From: a virus
Virus record (IMG/VR): IMGVR_UViG_3300028189_000002
Reading direction: 5' to 3' (one strand)
Length of the DNA: 35,726 bases
Below, piece after piece: positions 13,665 through 23,201 of the stretch. Position 1 is the stretch's first letter; the number at the start of each line of letters is the position of its first letter. The translations under genes and the position numbers were made by a program. The notes beneath the pieces are model-generated. The model did no database searches and was not told the DNA's origin. It saw only the letters and a program-made list of their open reading frames with translations.

Positions 13665-15194
13665 ATGGAAACTGAAACGAAAATAGACTTACTTGAACTT
13701 CTTCCGAAAAACTTCCTGCAGATAATCAAGGAACATATATTCGAGTACAATCTATACCCATATCAATTGGCAGATCTATTAGTTGAGCTTGAAGATATAT
13801 TATTCGGACATGGGAATTCACTTACTCGTGAACGCGCCCGGCAAACTGGTAAAACTGCATCAATTACAATACTAACTCTATCCTGTATGACTCTATTCCC
13901 TGCACTTGCTCAATCGGAAAAGTATTTAAAGCTATTCCCGAGTTTACATTTATTCAAGGATGGGTTTAGTATTGTAATTGTGGCACCGAAAATTGATCAA
14001 GCGAAGATAACACTACGGAGATTAAAGGGTATATCGCAGAAAAAGAACTATAAGAAGCTTATGGCCGAGCTCGGTATTGAAGTTATAAACAAATCTCTGT
14101 TCTTATTCTCGCTATCTAACGGATCTTCTATCGTTGCGATGTCCGGGAACCCTAAATCGGTTACTGAGGGTGAATCCGCGCACCTTTTAATCTTTGACGA
14201 AGCACATCAGATAGTACCTTACTCATGGCATAAGGCGTATTCACCTATGGTATCGTCAACAAACGGAACTATTGTGTCATTTGGGATCTCCTGGACCGCG
14301 AAACTGTCATTCTACAATCAAATACAGATTAATAAGAAGCTTGGACTGCACTCAAGGATACCGTACATGGAAGCACAGAAGTATTCTAAGTATTACAAGA
14401 AGTGGATTATGAATGAATTGTCTCGAATCGGTAAGGATTCTATTGAATTCCAGTTAAATTTCCTTCTCGTTTGGCTATTAAAGACTACAAATCCGATTAC
14501 TCCGGAGCTTTGGGATGACATTGATATGCTTGGTGATTATAAACCGGGTGAAATTACTTCAGATAATCTATATGTTGGGATAGATTGGGGCAAAACTCAC
14601 AATAATACCTTTGTTACTGTGGTAGAAAAGGCTTTAAACTGCTTGAAAATGGTGGATTTACTTGAATTAACTGGTGATGATTACCCTCAACAGCATATTG
14701 CTATACAAGTTTTCCTGAATAAGTACCCGAGATTGAAGAAAATCTGGTCAGAATCTACCGGAGTCGGCGATACTAACACCGATTTCCTCATTGCGATCTT
14801 TGGAAGTAAGGTTCAGCCGGTCACAGCGTACAATTTACCTATGTTACATGATAAAATGCTGAACGAAATTAACTATAAACGGTTGATTCGGCCCAAAGTT
14901 AAGGATGCCGGTCCCTGGAAATCACTCACAAGGCAGTTTTTGAACTGCGAAAAGATATATCACGGATCATCTTTTAAACTTGTGGCGCCTCAAGGTGCGG
15001 ATGAACAGGATGATGCTATCGATTCGTGTGGGTTGGCAGTCGGTGCCGCACTGAATGACCAGTTATTTGATTTTGTTTACAGGAAATCTACTGCGATTAA
15101 TGAAAGATTGAATACTTTAGCGAATGATCGGGTGATTAAGAGTGGTGAAGGTAGGAGTCGGAGTGGTACTGAGAAGCATATTAGTAATTATTAA
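13665..15194 (+). CDS. terL: terminase large subunit
   Basis: 509 aa. Walker A-like RQTGKTAS and Walker B LLIFDEAH. C-terminal RNaseH-like nuclease segments YVGIDWGKTHNNTFVTVVE and DDAIDS. Typical size and position at the head of the morphogenesis genes. Confidence 0.85.
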   Translation: METETKIDLLELLPKNFLQIIKEHIFEYNLYPYQLADLLVELEDILFGHGNSLTRERARQTGKTASITILTLSCMTLFPALAQSEKYLKLFPSLHLFKDGFSIVIVAPKIDQAKITLRRLKGISQKKNYKKLMAELGIEVINKSLFLFSLSNGSSIVAMSGNPKSVTEGESAHLLIFDEAHQIVPYSWHKAYSPMVSSTNGTIVSFGISWTAKLSFYNQIQINKKLGLHSRIPYMEAQKYSKYYKKWIMNELSRIGKDSIEFQLNFLLVWLLKTTNPITPELWDDIDMLGDYKPGEITSDNLYVGIDWGKTHNNTFVTVVEKALNCLKMVDLLELTGDDYPQQHIAIQVFLNKYPRLKKIWSESTGVGDTNTDFLIAIFGSKVQPVTAYNLPMLHDKMLNEINYKRLIRPKVKDAGPWKSLTRQFLNCEKIYHGSSFKLVAPQGADEQDDAIDSCGLAVGAALNDQLFDFVYRKSTAINERLNTLANDRVIKSGEGRSRSGTEKHISNY

Positions 15195-15212
15195 TTTGGG
15201 AAGGTGGGTATT

Positions 15213-15398
15213 ATGAAAAAATATGAATTAGATTTTTGGTATTGGTTGGTTAAATATCTCATTCCGAATAAAGTAAAGTATTTTTGCTTTATGCATATCA
15301 TGGCTTATGCAACCACAGGGAAGTATGGTGATACGGTTGTGCCGGAACTTACTGGAATGGATGCGATTAAACGATATGGCGATGATAAGGGTATATGA
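15213..15398 (+). CDS. hypothetical protein (61 aa)
   Basis: Track ORF 15204..15398 (GTG start) trimmed to ATG 15213, which follows GGGAAGGTGGG. Confidence 0.45.
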   Translation: MKKYELDFWYWLVKYLIPNKVKYFCFMHIMAYATTGKYGDTVVPELTGMDAIKRYGDDKGI

Positions 15399-15426
15399 AA
15401 TAAAATTAATTGACAAAGGAGAAAGA

Positions 15427-15753
15427 ATGTTTATAAAAAGCTTTGAAGAAGTACAGAATGAAGTACATGAGATTGCAAAGGACAAAGGCTGGTGGGATCA
15501 AGACCGTAACGATGGTGAATTGATATGTTTAATGCACTCTGAGCTATCCGAGGCGCTTGAGGCTTTGAGAAAGGGTAATCCTGCTGATGAAAAGATACCG
15601 GAATTTACAAGTGAAGAAGCGGAATTGGCTGATACTATAATACGGATTATGGATTATGCCGGTAAAAAGAAGTTACGCCTTGCCGGTGCGATTATCGCAA
15701 AGAAGAATATGAATAAAACCCGGTCACATAAGCATGGCGGTAAATTGTTTTGA
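15427..15753 (+). CDS. MazG-like nucleotide pyrophosphohydrolase
   Basis: LMHSELSEALEALR ... EELADTIIRIMD ... NMNKTRSHKHGGKLF is the all-alpha MazG-like phage NTP-PPase pattern. ATG 15427 lies 6 nt after AGGAG. Confidence 0.7.
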   Translation: MFIKSFEEVQNEVHEIAKDKGWWDQDRNDGELICLMHSELSEALEALRKGNPADEKIPEFTSEEAELADTIIRIMDYAGKKKLRLAGAIIAKKNMNKTRSHKHGGKLF

Positions 15754-16133
15754 ATAATAAACTTGGTTATGGGTTTATATCTGACCTTGATCTTCGTCAT
15801 AGAGATTACCTGGTAGATGGAAAGTGGTTTATCACTCTTGCCCATTTAGATTATATCGCGAAAGACGGTGAGCCGTTCCGTGTACCCATAGGTATCAATA
15901 CAGATTTTGCTTCTATACCGCGTGGATTACGTTGGCTTATCCCTAGAGTTGGCAAACATGATAAGGCGGCTGTCTTGCACGATTGGCTTTGTGAGTTTAA
16001 AGTGATTCCTCGTGATCAAGCTGATAAAATATTCTTAGAGGCAATGGTTTCTCTTGGTGTTAATCGGGTTAAAAGAAGGGCTATGTATATAGGCGTTGCT
16101 GGATATACTAAACTTTTGAGAAATAAGAAATGA
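15750..16133 (+). CDS. DUF1353-domain protein
   Basis: TDFASIPRGLRWLIPRVGKHDKAAVLHDWLC matches the DUF1353 core (tD.aSiP ... aa.lHD.lY). TTG start in a TTGA overlap with the mazG-like stop. Confidence 0.6.
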   Translation: MNNKLGYGFISDLDLRHRDYLVDGKWFITLAHLDYIAKDGEPFRVPIGINTDFASIPRGLRWLIPRVGKHDKAAVLHDWLCEFKVIPRDQADKIFLEAMVSLGVNRVKRRAMYIGVAGYTKLLRNKK

Positions 16134-16393
16134 ACGAGTGGATAAAAGAAAAAGCGATTTGGTTGGCATTTGCATTTCTCCTATTTGTTGTTACGAGTAT
16201 GTCTGGATACATTATCACAGGTCTTCAGGCGGCAAAAGAAAGTGTTCATAAACTTGAAAACGCAGATAAGACAAATACAATACAGTGGAAGAAGATTTCG
16301 AGTCAACAAGAGCATCACTGGCAAGACGCAGTCAGTCAATCTTATATAAACGGTAATATCGAAGGTCGGCTTAAATGCCTGGAATCAAAATGA
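16130..16393 (+). CDS. N-terminally anchored membrane protein (87 aa)
   Basis: ATGA overlap with the upstream gene. One TM (AIWLAFAFLLFVVTSMSGYIITGL) followed by a polar/coiled tail. Confidence 0.55.
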   Translation: MNEWIKEKAIWLAFAFLLFVVTSMSGYIITGLQAAKESVHKLENADKTNTIQWKKISSQQEHHWQDAVSQSYINGNIEGRLKCLESK

Positions 16394-16599
16394 CAACTAG
16401 AAAATTCATATTATACTTATTCCTCTGCTGGATGGCCGGGTTATTATTCTACTGGTATTACATGATAGCTAGTATAAGCGAAACCGATATGCTCCGGTCA
16501 TTTCGTGAGGAAATATCTGAGTTGAAAACCGAGATTGAATTACTGAGATATATCAATAACCACTCTACCTCAAATAATTTACTTGAAATTACAGAATAA
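16390..16599 (+). CDS. N-terminally anchored membrane protein (69 aa)
   Basis: ATGA overlap at 16390. TM FILYLFLCWMAGLLFYWYYMIA followed by a coiled-coil tail. Confidence 0.5.
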   Translation: MTTRKFILYLFLCWMAGLLFYWYYMIASISETDMLRSFREEISELKTEIELLRYINNHSTSNNLLEITE

Positions 16600-16617
16600 T
16601 TTTATAATATAACTGGC

Positions 16618-17760
16618 ATGGCGCATAAAACACCAAAGACACCTGCGAGTAGTAGAAAAGCAGTAACGACAAAAGCTAAGAAGAAAAAAGGTGAGAAGTT
16701 TGAACCGTATATAACTAATAGTAAGATATTAGGGACCTTTGAATTTGATCTTCGCTCTCCTGATAAAGTCCTCGAACAGGAAGGGTTTAAATATTATAAT
16801 GAAATGCTGTCTACTGATGCTCATGTGTATAGTGTGATTAATACTCGTAAACTCGGTGCGGCTTCTATACCCTGGCAGATAATACCAAAGGATAGTTCGC
16901 CTGAAGCACTTCTTCAAGCAAACTTTATATCTTTCCTTTTAAACGAAATCCCCATTGAAAACCATTTCTATGATATTCTTGATGCGATCCCTATGGGATT
17001 TTCCATGCACGAGATAATACCTTCTGAAAATCTTCAACGCGGTGAGTTTAAAGGTAAGATAATAATTGATAAGTTGATATTTCATACTCAGGAGTTATTT
17101 GTATTCAAGGCTAATAAAAAAATCGGGTTTGAAATGTTCTACAAGCCGAGTACCTTTGGTCAAGAAAAACCTTTACCGGAAAGTAAGATACTCCATGCGA
17201 ACTTTGATTCAAATTCGCCATACGGAAAACCACTATTAGAGAAATTATATTGGTTTTATTGGTTTAAAAAGGAAACCGGGTTTAAATTTTGGGCCATATT
17301 CCTTGAAAAGTTTGGTGGTCCTACTGCCGTTATGAAATTTCCTTCTGGTGATACGTCATCTGCGTTACAAACTGCCGCGAATACCGCACTGGATGAATTA
17401 CAGAATAGTACCGGAATATCTATTCCAGATTCGTTCCAGCTTGACTTCGCCAAAGTATCTCAAGGTGATGTCAGTTACCCGACCATGATTGATTATTGTA
17501 ATGCGGAAATGTCCAAAGCTACATTAGGAGCCACGCAAACTGTGGAAGAAGGTAGACGAGGCTCATACGCATTGTCAAGGACTCATGCTGATGTTCGATC
17601 TGAATATAAGATCCATGATACCCGGGTACTTCGTAAAGCAATACAGACTCAAATTATTAACAGGTTTATAAATATGAATTTTGCCAATCCACTTCCTCCT
17701 TCAATCAAATTCCAATATCCAGAGTTACCAGTAGAAGCACCTATACGCGGTGAACGCTAA
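16618..17760 (+). CDS. portal protein (Mu gp29/DUF935-like), short form
   Basis: 380 aa, downstream of terL. YNEMLSTDAHVYSVINTRKLGAASIPWQIIP resembles the DUF935 portal N-terminal core. Lys-rich N-terminus. Confidence 0.55.
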   Translation: MAHKTPKTPASSRKAVTTKAKKKKGEKFEPYITNSKILGTFEFDLRSPDKVLEQEGFKYYNEMLSTDAHVYSVINTRKLGAASIPWQIIPKDSSPEALLQANFISFLLNEIPIENHFYDILDAIPMGFSMHEIIPSENLQRGEFKGKIIIDKLIFHTQELFVFKANKKIGFEMFYKPSTFGQEKPLPESKILHANFDSNSPYGKPLLEKLYWFYWFKKETGFKFWAIFLEKFGGPTAVMKFPSGDTSSALQTAANTALDELQNSTGISIPDSFQLDFAKVSQGDVSYPTMIDYCNAEMSKATLGATQTVEEGRRGSYALSRTHADVRSEYKIHDTRVLRKAIQTQIINRFINMNFANPLPPSIKFQYPELPVEAPIRGER

Positions 17761-18140
17761 TGGCTAATTACTCAATAGAGGAAATTGCCCAGGCCAAAGA
17801 TTATTACCTTCAAGGTTTTTCTATCCGTAAGATCGCTGAAATGATGAACATTCCTGCTCATTGTACGGTTGATCAGTGGAAGAAGAAATATAACTGGAAG
17901 AAATCTGCACCTGATTATCCTATCGTTTCACTCAAAGCGCAATTAACCCGAGTTACAAAGATGGTTGATGTGCTTGAACCTGCGCTGGAAAATACGGACA
18001 TATTAAAACCCACGCCTGAACAAAAAGAATTACTTGCGAATTTTCGTAGGCTCTCTGAGTTGCAACTCAAACTAATAAAACAACTTGGAGCCCTGCAACC
18101 TATTGACCGTAGAGCCGCGAAAAAGAACATATTCCTCTAA
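17760..18140 (+). CDS. HTH-domain protein, possible small terminase/DUF1804-like
   Basis: AKDYYLQGFSIRKIAEMMNIPAHCTVDQWKKKYNW is an N-terminal HTH of the kind seen in TerS and Mu gp27-like proteins. It is followed by a coiled-coil tail. TAATG junction with the portal gene. Confidence 0.4.
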   Translation: MANYSIEEIAQAKDYYLQGFSIRKIAEMMNIPAHCTVDQWKKKYNWKKSAPDYPIVSLKAQLTRVTKMVDVLEPALENTDILKPTPEQKELLANFRRLSELQLKLIKQLGALQPIDRRAAKKNIFL

Positions 18141-18178
18141 AAACCATGTAATTATTACACGGTTTTCGTATTATTTTC

Positions 18179-18207
18179 TTGACAAATCAGAACTGTTCGT
18201 CTTTATT
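18179..18207 (+). promoter_or_regulatory. Candidate internal promoter
   Basis: Consensus TTGACA (18179-18184), 17 nt, then TTTATT (18202-18207). It is preceded by an AT-rich hairpin at 18140-18166. The ATG at 18215 begins 8 nt after the -10. Confidence 0.4.
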
Positions 18208-18214
18208 CATATTT

Positions 18215-21200
18215 ATGAAGATGAATATTCCATTTCCTAAACACCGCGAACATCTAAATTTTTCCCACGGTAACAAGGGTACGCCCGATTATAAGAAGCT
18301 GATTAGTCAGTGTAAGAATAATGGGAAATGCCCTGTCTCTGAGGTCATTGATTATGGTGGTGCTGGAAGTGGTAATTTCGGACATAAAGGTAGACCCGGG
18401 ATAAGGGGTGGTTCTGTTAGTGTTGGCGGTGGTACTTCGGGTGGAAGTTCTGGTGGCGGTCAAAGTAGTGTTGGTACAGCACAGAGAACAGACAGCGGAA
18501 CTCAAAAGACTACTGATATTGAAAGATCCGGTAACACAACCGGTGGCGGTCCTGCAATAACAACTCAAACTATAAAACAAGTAGCTAATCAATTTCCCGG
18601 TGGTAGCGGAACGCCTATAGATGATTCAGATGTTACCGATGAAGAAGCAGAGGAAATATCTCGTCAAATAGAAGCTGGTGAAATTGAGCCTGATGATGGG
18701 TCTATCTCAGACGCTATTGAAGAATTAAGGAATGCAAGAGGTATTAGTGATCCTGATATTGTTGAGCGTGGGTCTTCCGGGGAAGGTGATGACTTTACTC
18801 CTGATGAACTTGGGGTTGTTCCGGAAATACTAGAAACACCTGAAACAAGTGATTCTGCTGACCAGGAATTCAACAATGGGATAAGCATTACAGGGAGTCC
18901 CACAATACCAGATTTCTTCCCTTCTTCTCCACAAGAAGAAACAGTTGTAAGGAAAATGATAAATAATGGCGATGTTGAAGATAGTGAGGAATCAATCAAG
19001 CAAACTGTTCGCGATATGAGGGGAATCAGAAAGCAATTATTACAAATCCCTACTGATATACCGGGCAAGAATTCTGTAGGAACGGATATTATGCTCGGAG
19101 ATACCCTTTCTAACGATGAAGCAGGTATTCTTACAGGGCAGATAAATAGTGGTGAAATTAAATCTGATACAAATTCTATAATTGAAGCACTTGGGAATAT
19201 TCGTGGTGAGGCTATATCAATACCTGCTATTCCTGAAAATACAAAGTTAAATGAATTATCTACCAGTATTGAAACTGGCGATATAGATACAAAATCATTG
19301 GCGAAAACGCTTCGTGATGTAACTATGAATGCACTTGCTACCGGTCCGGGCTTGGCGATTGATGCAATTAGGAAGAAAAGTGATAGTGGAATTGCGGAAA
19401 AACTTGATAATGCGATAAATTCTGCTGATGTACCGGCAGAAACCTTGATAACTCTTGAATTAATGAAGGGCTCAGGTTTAACAAACGTACCTTTCTTTGC
19501 AAATATGACTGAAGGGTTACTTGAAGCGGCTTTGAGTAAAGCTCCAGATAAGATAAAAGATATTAAAAAGCAGTATAAAAGTATGATTGGTGATTTAAAA
19601 GGCGCAAATGAAACATTTATTAAACAAGTTAAAAAAGATATTGATGTTGTAAAAAAAGATATAGATGATCCTGAAGGGTTTAAAGATAGGATGCTAAAAG
19701 AGGCAAATGAGATAAAGGCTAAAGCTGCGGAATTCTTGTCAAATATGAAGGATGTGTTTACTGGTGATCAATCCCTTTCTGCTGTTATGAATGACTTAAT
19801 GACGAATGAATTGACCACATCACAGTTAAAAAGGCCAACGCCATTGCCTGACACAGAAGATAGAATGTCAATCCTTGAGACGTCTTTAGCTCCTACCGAG
19901 AAATTAACTAAAGCAGAAAGTAACTTTTTACGCAATATGGTAGATGGTGGCGAAATCGCTCCTGGAAATGATGCATTTAAAGAAATATTAGATATTCTTC
20001 GTCAAGCAGTAGAGGATAATGTAAATAATGGTGGCATAGAAGATACTGAAAAGGCGAGGGAAATATATATAGACCTACTAGATAATAGGAATATAGGGCC
20101 TGATGGTAGATTAGGGTCTCCGGGCAATCCTAGAAGTACCGTTCCATTCAATAACACTGAGAATTTATACAAACTTGCTGAATCCTGCCCGGTAACTGCA
20201 GATAGTGGTTGCCCTTTGTTCCTTTCAACATTTGCAGAAAACGAAAACAAAGACATTGGCTGGATGGAAGTATTTGAATTTGATGATTCTAATGTTCTCG
20301 GCATGTTGGTTAAGAATTTCAAGAAACTTAAATCAAAATTATCGCCACCAATTAAACTTGGGCATGATGAAAGTCAGAAATTGGTACAAAACTCCGGATT
20401 CCCTTCTGCAGGATGGATTACAGGGCTGAAACGTAAGGGAACTACCAATAAATTACTTGCATATTTCTCAAACGTACCGAATCCTATAGTTAAATTAATT
20501 GAATCCGGGGCGTATAAAAGAATATCCGCAGAGATCTATAATAATTATGTAGATCCTGATACACATAAAGCTTTTGGTCCTACAATGAGGGCTGTTAGTA
20601 TATTGGGCGCAGACGTACCGCGCATAAAGACTTTGAAAGACTTGGCAATTATCTATAATTCTGATGGATTGCCGTATAAAACTTTTCAGAAGGAGGAAAT
20701 CGGAATGGATGTAATAATGCAGATGATTGAAGCACTTAAAGAAGAACTTTCTAAACTTGCAGGACTCGACAAAGCAGAAGATACGGAACAGGTACAGGAA
20801 GCTGTTGAAGCATTGCAGGAAAAATTCGGTGAGGCGGCAGATGCCTTTACTGCGTTAAGCGAAAGTCAGAACAAGGAAATTAATAAGCTGTTAAAAGCTA
20901 ACAAGAAGAAGGTTACTCTTACTGGCAATGATCCTGACACCCTTAAACTGTCTGAAACGATAGATACTCAGGCAAGTTTGATCACTCAGCTATCCGAATC
21001 TGTGAAAACAATCGGATCTGAACTTAAAGGCGCACAGGATCACATACTTGAATCTAAAAAGGCTTCTGTTAAAGCTACTTTGAGCAAAAATTTCTCTCCT
21101 GCTCTTGTAGAAAAGGCAATGCCTCTTATCAATTTTTCTGAAGGTGAAGATAAAGTTGTTGATCTTCTTACCGCTATGCAAAAAATGCAGGAAGAATCAG

Positions 21201-21370
21201 CATTGTTCCTTAGTGAGCCGCTTGATATTGAACAGCAGGAATTCAATAGCTCAATGGGTAACGGTAACTCTGAAGATAAACTTCACAATGAGGTTACTGC
21301 TCTATCCGAAAAGGATAATTGCTCTTACAAAGTTGCATTTGATAAGTTGATGGTCCTAAAAAGCAAGTAA
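18215..21370 (+). CDS. Giant prohead protease-scaffold fusion with a ~690-aa N-terminal extension (1051 aa)
   Basis: The C-terminal third reads KLGHDESQ..GFPSAGWITGLKRKG..LLAYFSNVP..IESGAYKRISAEIY (Mu I-like prohead protease pattern), followed by an acidic coiled coil (scaffold-like). The N-terminus has GAGSGNFGHKGRPGIRGGS plus a Gly/Ser tract and five ~40-aa repeats. The track TTG start at 18179 is the -35 box, so I trimmed to ATG 18215. Confidence 0.6.
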   Translation: MKMNIPFPKHREHLNFSHGNKGTPDYKKLISQCKNNGKCPVSEVIDYGGAGSGNFGHKGRPGIRGGSVSVGGGTSGGSSGGGQSSVGTAQRTDSGTQKTTDIERSGNTTGGGPAITTQTIKQVANQFPGGSGTPIDDSDVTDEEAEEISRQIEAGEIEPDDGSISDAIEELRNARGISDPDIVERGSSGEGDDFTPDELGVVPEILETPETSDSADQEFNNGISITGSPTIPDFFPSSPQEETVVRKMINNGDVEDSEESIKQTVRDMRGIRKQLLQIPTDIPGKNSVGTDIMLGDTLSNDEAGILTGQINSGEIKSDTNSIIEALGNIRGEAISIPAIPENTKLNELSTSIETGDIDTKSLAKTLRDVTMNALATGPGLAIDAIRKKSDSGIAEKLDNAINSADVPAETLITLELMKGSGLTNVPFFANMTEGLLEAALSKAPDKIKDIKKQYKSMIGDLKGANETFIKQVKKDIDVVKKDIDDPEGFKDRMLKEANEIKAKAAEFLSNMKDVFTGDQSLSAVMNDLMTNELTTSQLKRPTPLPDTEDRMSILETSLAPTEKLTKAESNFLRNMVDGGEIAPGNDAFKEILDILRQAVEDNVNNGGIEDTEKAREIYIDLLDNRNIGPDGRLGSPGNPRSTVPFNNTENLYKLAESCPVTADSGCPLFLSTFAENENKDIGWMEVFEFDDSNVLGMLVKNFKKLKSKLSPPIKLGHDESQKLVQNSGFPSAGWITGLKRKGTTNKLLAYFSNVPNPIVKLIESGAYKRISAEIYNNYVDPDTHKAFGPTMRAVSILGADVPRIKTLKDLAIIYNSDGLPYKTFQKEEIGMDVIMQMIEALKEELSKLAGLDKAEDTEQVQEAVEALQEKFGEAADAFTALSESQNKEINKLLKANKKKVTLTGNDPDTLKLSETIDTQASLITQLSESVKTIGSELKGAQDHILESKKASVKATLSKNFSPALVEKAMPLINFSEGEDKVVDLLTAMQKMQEESALFLSEPLDIEQQEFNSSMGNGNSEDKLHNEVTALSEKDNCSYKVAFDKLMVLKSK

Positions 21371-21444
21371 GCCTTTTCAGATAAATAAAATAAGTATTAA
21401 TATAATTTTAGTTGTATAAAATTTAATTTCTAAGGAGTCCGATT

Positions 21445-21885
21445 ATGTCAGTATCAATACCAATCACTGAAAATATGATGTCTTCTATCGCAGAACAGCA
21501 AACTTCCGCTTCTGCAGTAGAGGTAAGAAAGGGCTTGCCGGTTATCGGTGGTACTGTAGATAATCAAGTCAAGCCAATTGCCACAGGAACTTCAACTATC
21601 CTCGATACGATTGAAGGTATTGCCCAGGATGATGCGAATGATGGCGCGACTACTCGTGTAGCGGTTGCAGGTCAGATTTGTATTGCTCGTGTAAAGGGAA
21701 CTGTTACTCGTGGTGATAGTCTTATCTGCAAGACAGGTTCAACTACAGATGCGGAAAACGGAAGTCTTGAGGCACAGGCTACCATTGTTAATGGTGATCT
21801 GATTGTAGCAAAGGCTCTTGAAGATGGAACAGACCAGAGTTACATAAAGGTTGTTGTTCAGTTGTACAGAGTTACAGCGGCGTAA
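21445..21885 (+). CDS. head decoration protein (DUF2190-like)
   Basis: 146 aa, located directly between the scaffold and the MCP (lambda D/E order). Gly/Val-rich beta pattern ..RVAVAGQICIARVKGTVTRGDSL..AKALEDGTDQSYIKVVV. AAGGAG SD. Confidence 0.5.
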   Translation: MSVSIPITENMMSSIAEQQTSASAVEVRKGLPVIGGTVDNQVKPIATGTSTILDTIEGIAQDDANDGATTRVAVAGQICIARVKGTVTRGDSLICKTGSTTDAENGSLEAQATIVNGDLIVAKALEDGTDQSYIKVVVQLYRVTAA

Positions 21886-21949
21886 ATACCGTTTTGTTGA
21901 ATATATTAAAAAGCTATATTTTAAGTTAATCTTTTCAAGGAGTTTTAAA

Positions 21950-22897
21950 ATGGGGTTTATTGCCGTTTCATCTACACCACAGACAAATAAGTTGTTATCG
22001 CAACTTTCTGTTGGCTTCCCTAACGGGGGCTTTGTCGCTGATGAACTATGCCCGGTTATCGATGTTGGGGCCGATGCGGAACAGGGAGTGTATTTTTCAT
22101 GGGATAAGTATTATCTGAATTCTACTGTTGAAGATGTAAGAACGATCAGAGGCCATTCAAATGAGCCTCAAGATCCAACGGTAAGCGAGAATACTTATAG
22201 CGCTGTAGCTCATTCACTTGCTAAACCTATCGATCCTCGTGAGTTTAAACAGCATAAGAATAAAGAATTGAAACTTGCTGAGTCTATTCAGGAAGGGTTA
22301 TTGTCTTTGCTGATGATCAAGAAAGAAAAAAGAGTTGCTGATTTGTTCACAACTGCAGGGAATTACGCTTCAGATCATAAATCTACGCTATCTGGTACAA
22401 GCCAGTGGAGTGATTTTGTTAATAGTGATCCAGAGGCCGCAATTGAAACCTCTCGTGAGGTTGTTGCTCTTGCAGGATTTGAGCCAAATACAATAATGAT
22501 TCCAATTACAACTTGGAGAAAAATCCGTCAGCATCCTCAAATCAGAGCGTTGATCAAATCACTTGATTCTAAGTTGCTTACAGATGATATGATTGTTCCT
22601 TCTCTGTTTGGCCTTGACCTTGTTGTTCCAGGTAGCCGTAATGTAACTTCTTTACCGGGTGCTACTGAAGCAATTGGCAGAATATGGGGTGATTATGTTT
22701 GGATAGGTTATGTAAACAAGAAATCCAATCCAGTTAAAATGGACCCTACGTTTGCGTATACGTTCCAGGCAGAAGGTCGAAAGACTGAAACATTCAAGGA
22801 CAGAAAGAATGAAATCATCGATGTTCAGTTTGATATTGCTGTTGAAAAAATAACTGCGGCCGCAAGTGGTTATCTTTATACAGATGTTATTGCTTAA
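21950..22897 (+). CDS. major capsid protein (lambda gpE/Phage_cap_E-like, HK97 fold)
   Basis: 315 aa, starting MGFIAVSS 7 nt after AAGGAG. LLSQLSVGFPNGGFVADELCPVIDV and SGTSQWSDFVNSDPEAAIE..EPNTIMIPITTWRKIRQHPQI match conserved MCP-E blocks. Gene order supports the call. Confidence 0.75.
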   Translation: MGFIAVSSTPQTNKLLSQLSVGFPNGGFVADELCPVIDVGADAEQGVYFSWDKYYLNSTVEDVRTIRGHSNEPQDPTVSENTYSAVAHSLAKPIDPREFKQHKNKELKLAESIQEGLLSLLMIKKEKRVADLFTTAGNYASDHKSTLSGTSQWSDFVNSDPEAAIETSREVVALAGFEPNTIMIPITTWRKIRQHPQIRALIKSLDSKLLTDDMIVPSLFGLDLVVPGSRNVTSLPGATEAIGRIWGDYVWIGYVNKKSNPVKMDPTFAYTFQAEGRKTETFKDRKNEIIDVQFDIAVEKITAAASGYLYTDVIA

Positions 22898-22952
22898 ATA
22901 ATTAAGTAATAATTTATAAGAGTTAATTCTAATTAAAACTTTGGGGGTTGAA

Positions 22953-23201
22953 ATGGTTGCGACTATAACAGATGACCGTAAACGAATTAATAGGAAACAC
23001 CGTGACAGGGATATTGCTATTAAAAAGAAAGATACAAATCAGCAGAGGGAAGCGATGGATAAGTTGTATTGCCGGGCTTGTCGTGCTGTAGATATGGTTA
23101 CGTTAAATTCTGTTCGCCGTGACAAACTCACCAAAGTTTTAATTCAGAAGAATTATGCAGACTTTATCCGTGTTGTTGATCGTTTAATGGAGTCATTCTA
23201 A
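22953..23201 (+). CDS. hypothetical protein (82 aa)
   Basis: Track ORF trimmed to ATG 22953. Confidence 0.5.
   Translation: MVATITDDRKRINRKHRDRDIAIKKKDTNQQREAMDKLYCRACRAVDMVTLNSVRRDKLTKVLIQKNYADFIRVVDRLMESF

Noticed and set aside
18179-18214. TTG/GTG-initiated 5' extensions proposed by the ORF track (18179, 4800, 11606, 12598, 13442, 15204, 1680, 22941, 24959)
   Set aside because: In several cases the TTG is simply the first three bases of a TTGACA/TTGACT -35 box (18179, 4800). In others the extension reads across promoter or AT-tract DNA. An in-frame ATG with an SD or start/stop coupling lies just downstream, so I trimmed the starts.
18254-20322. Antisense ORFs inside the giant protease-scaffold gene (18254..18592, 18664..19068, 20002..20322), plus the same-strand off-frame ORF 20205..20429
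   Set aside because: They are shadow or off-frame ORFs of a long, clearly coding + strand frame, with Ser/Thr/Cys-rich compositions and no RBS. The same reasoning applies to 1764..1994, 2317..2565, 2812..2997, 3311..3538, 6229..6707 (+), 6735..6965, 7048..7413, 8167..8641, 8946..9182, 26666..29710 (- strand ORFs), 32425..32847, 32639..32839, 33436..34234, 31077..31274 and 35306..35497.
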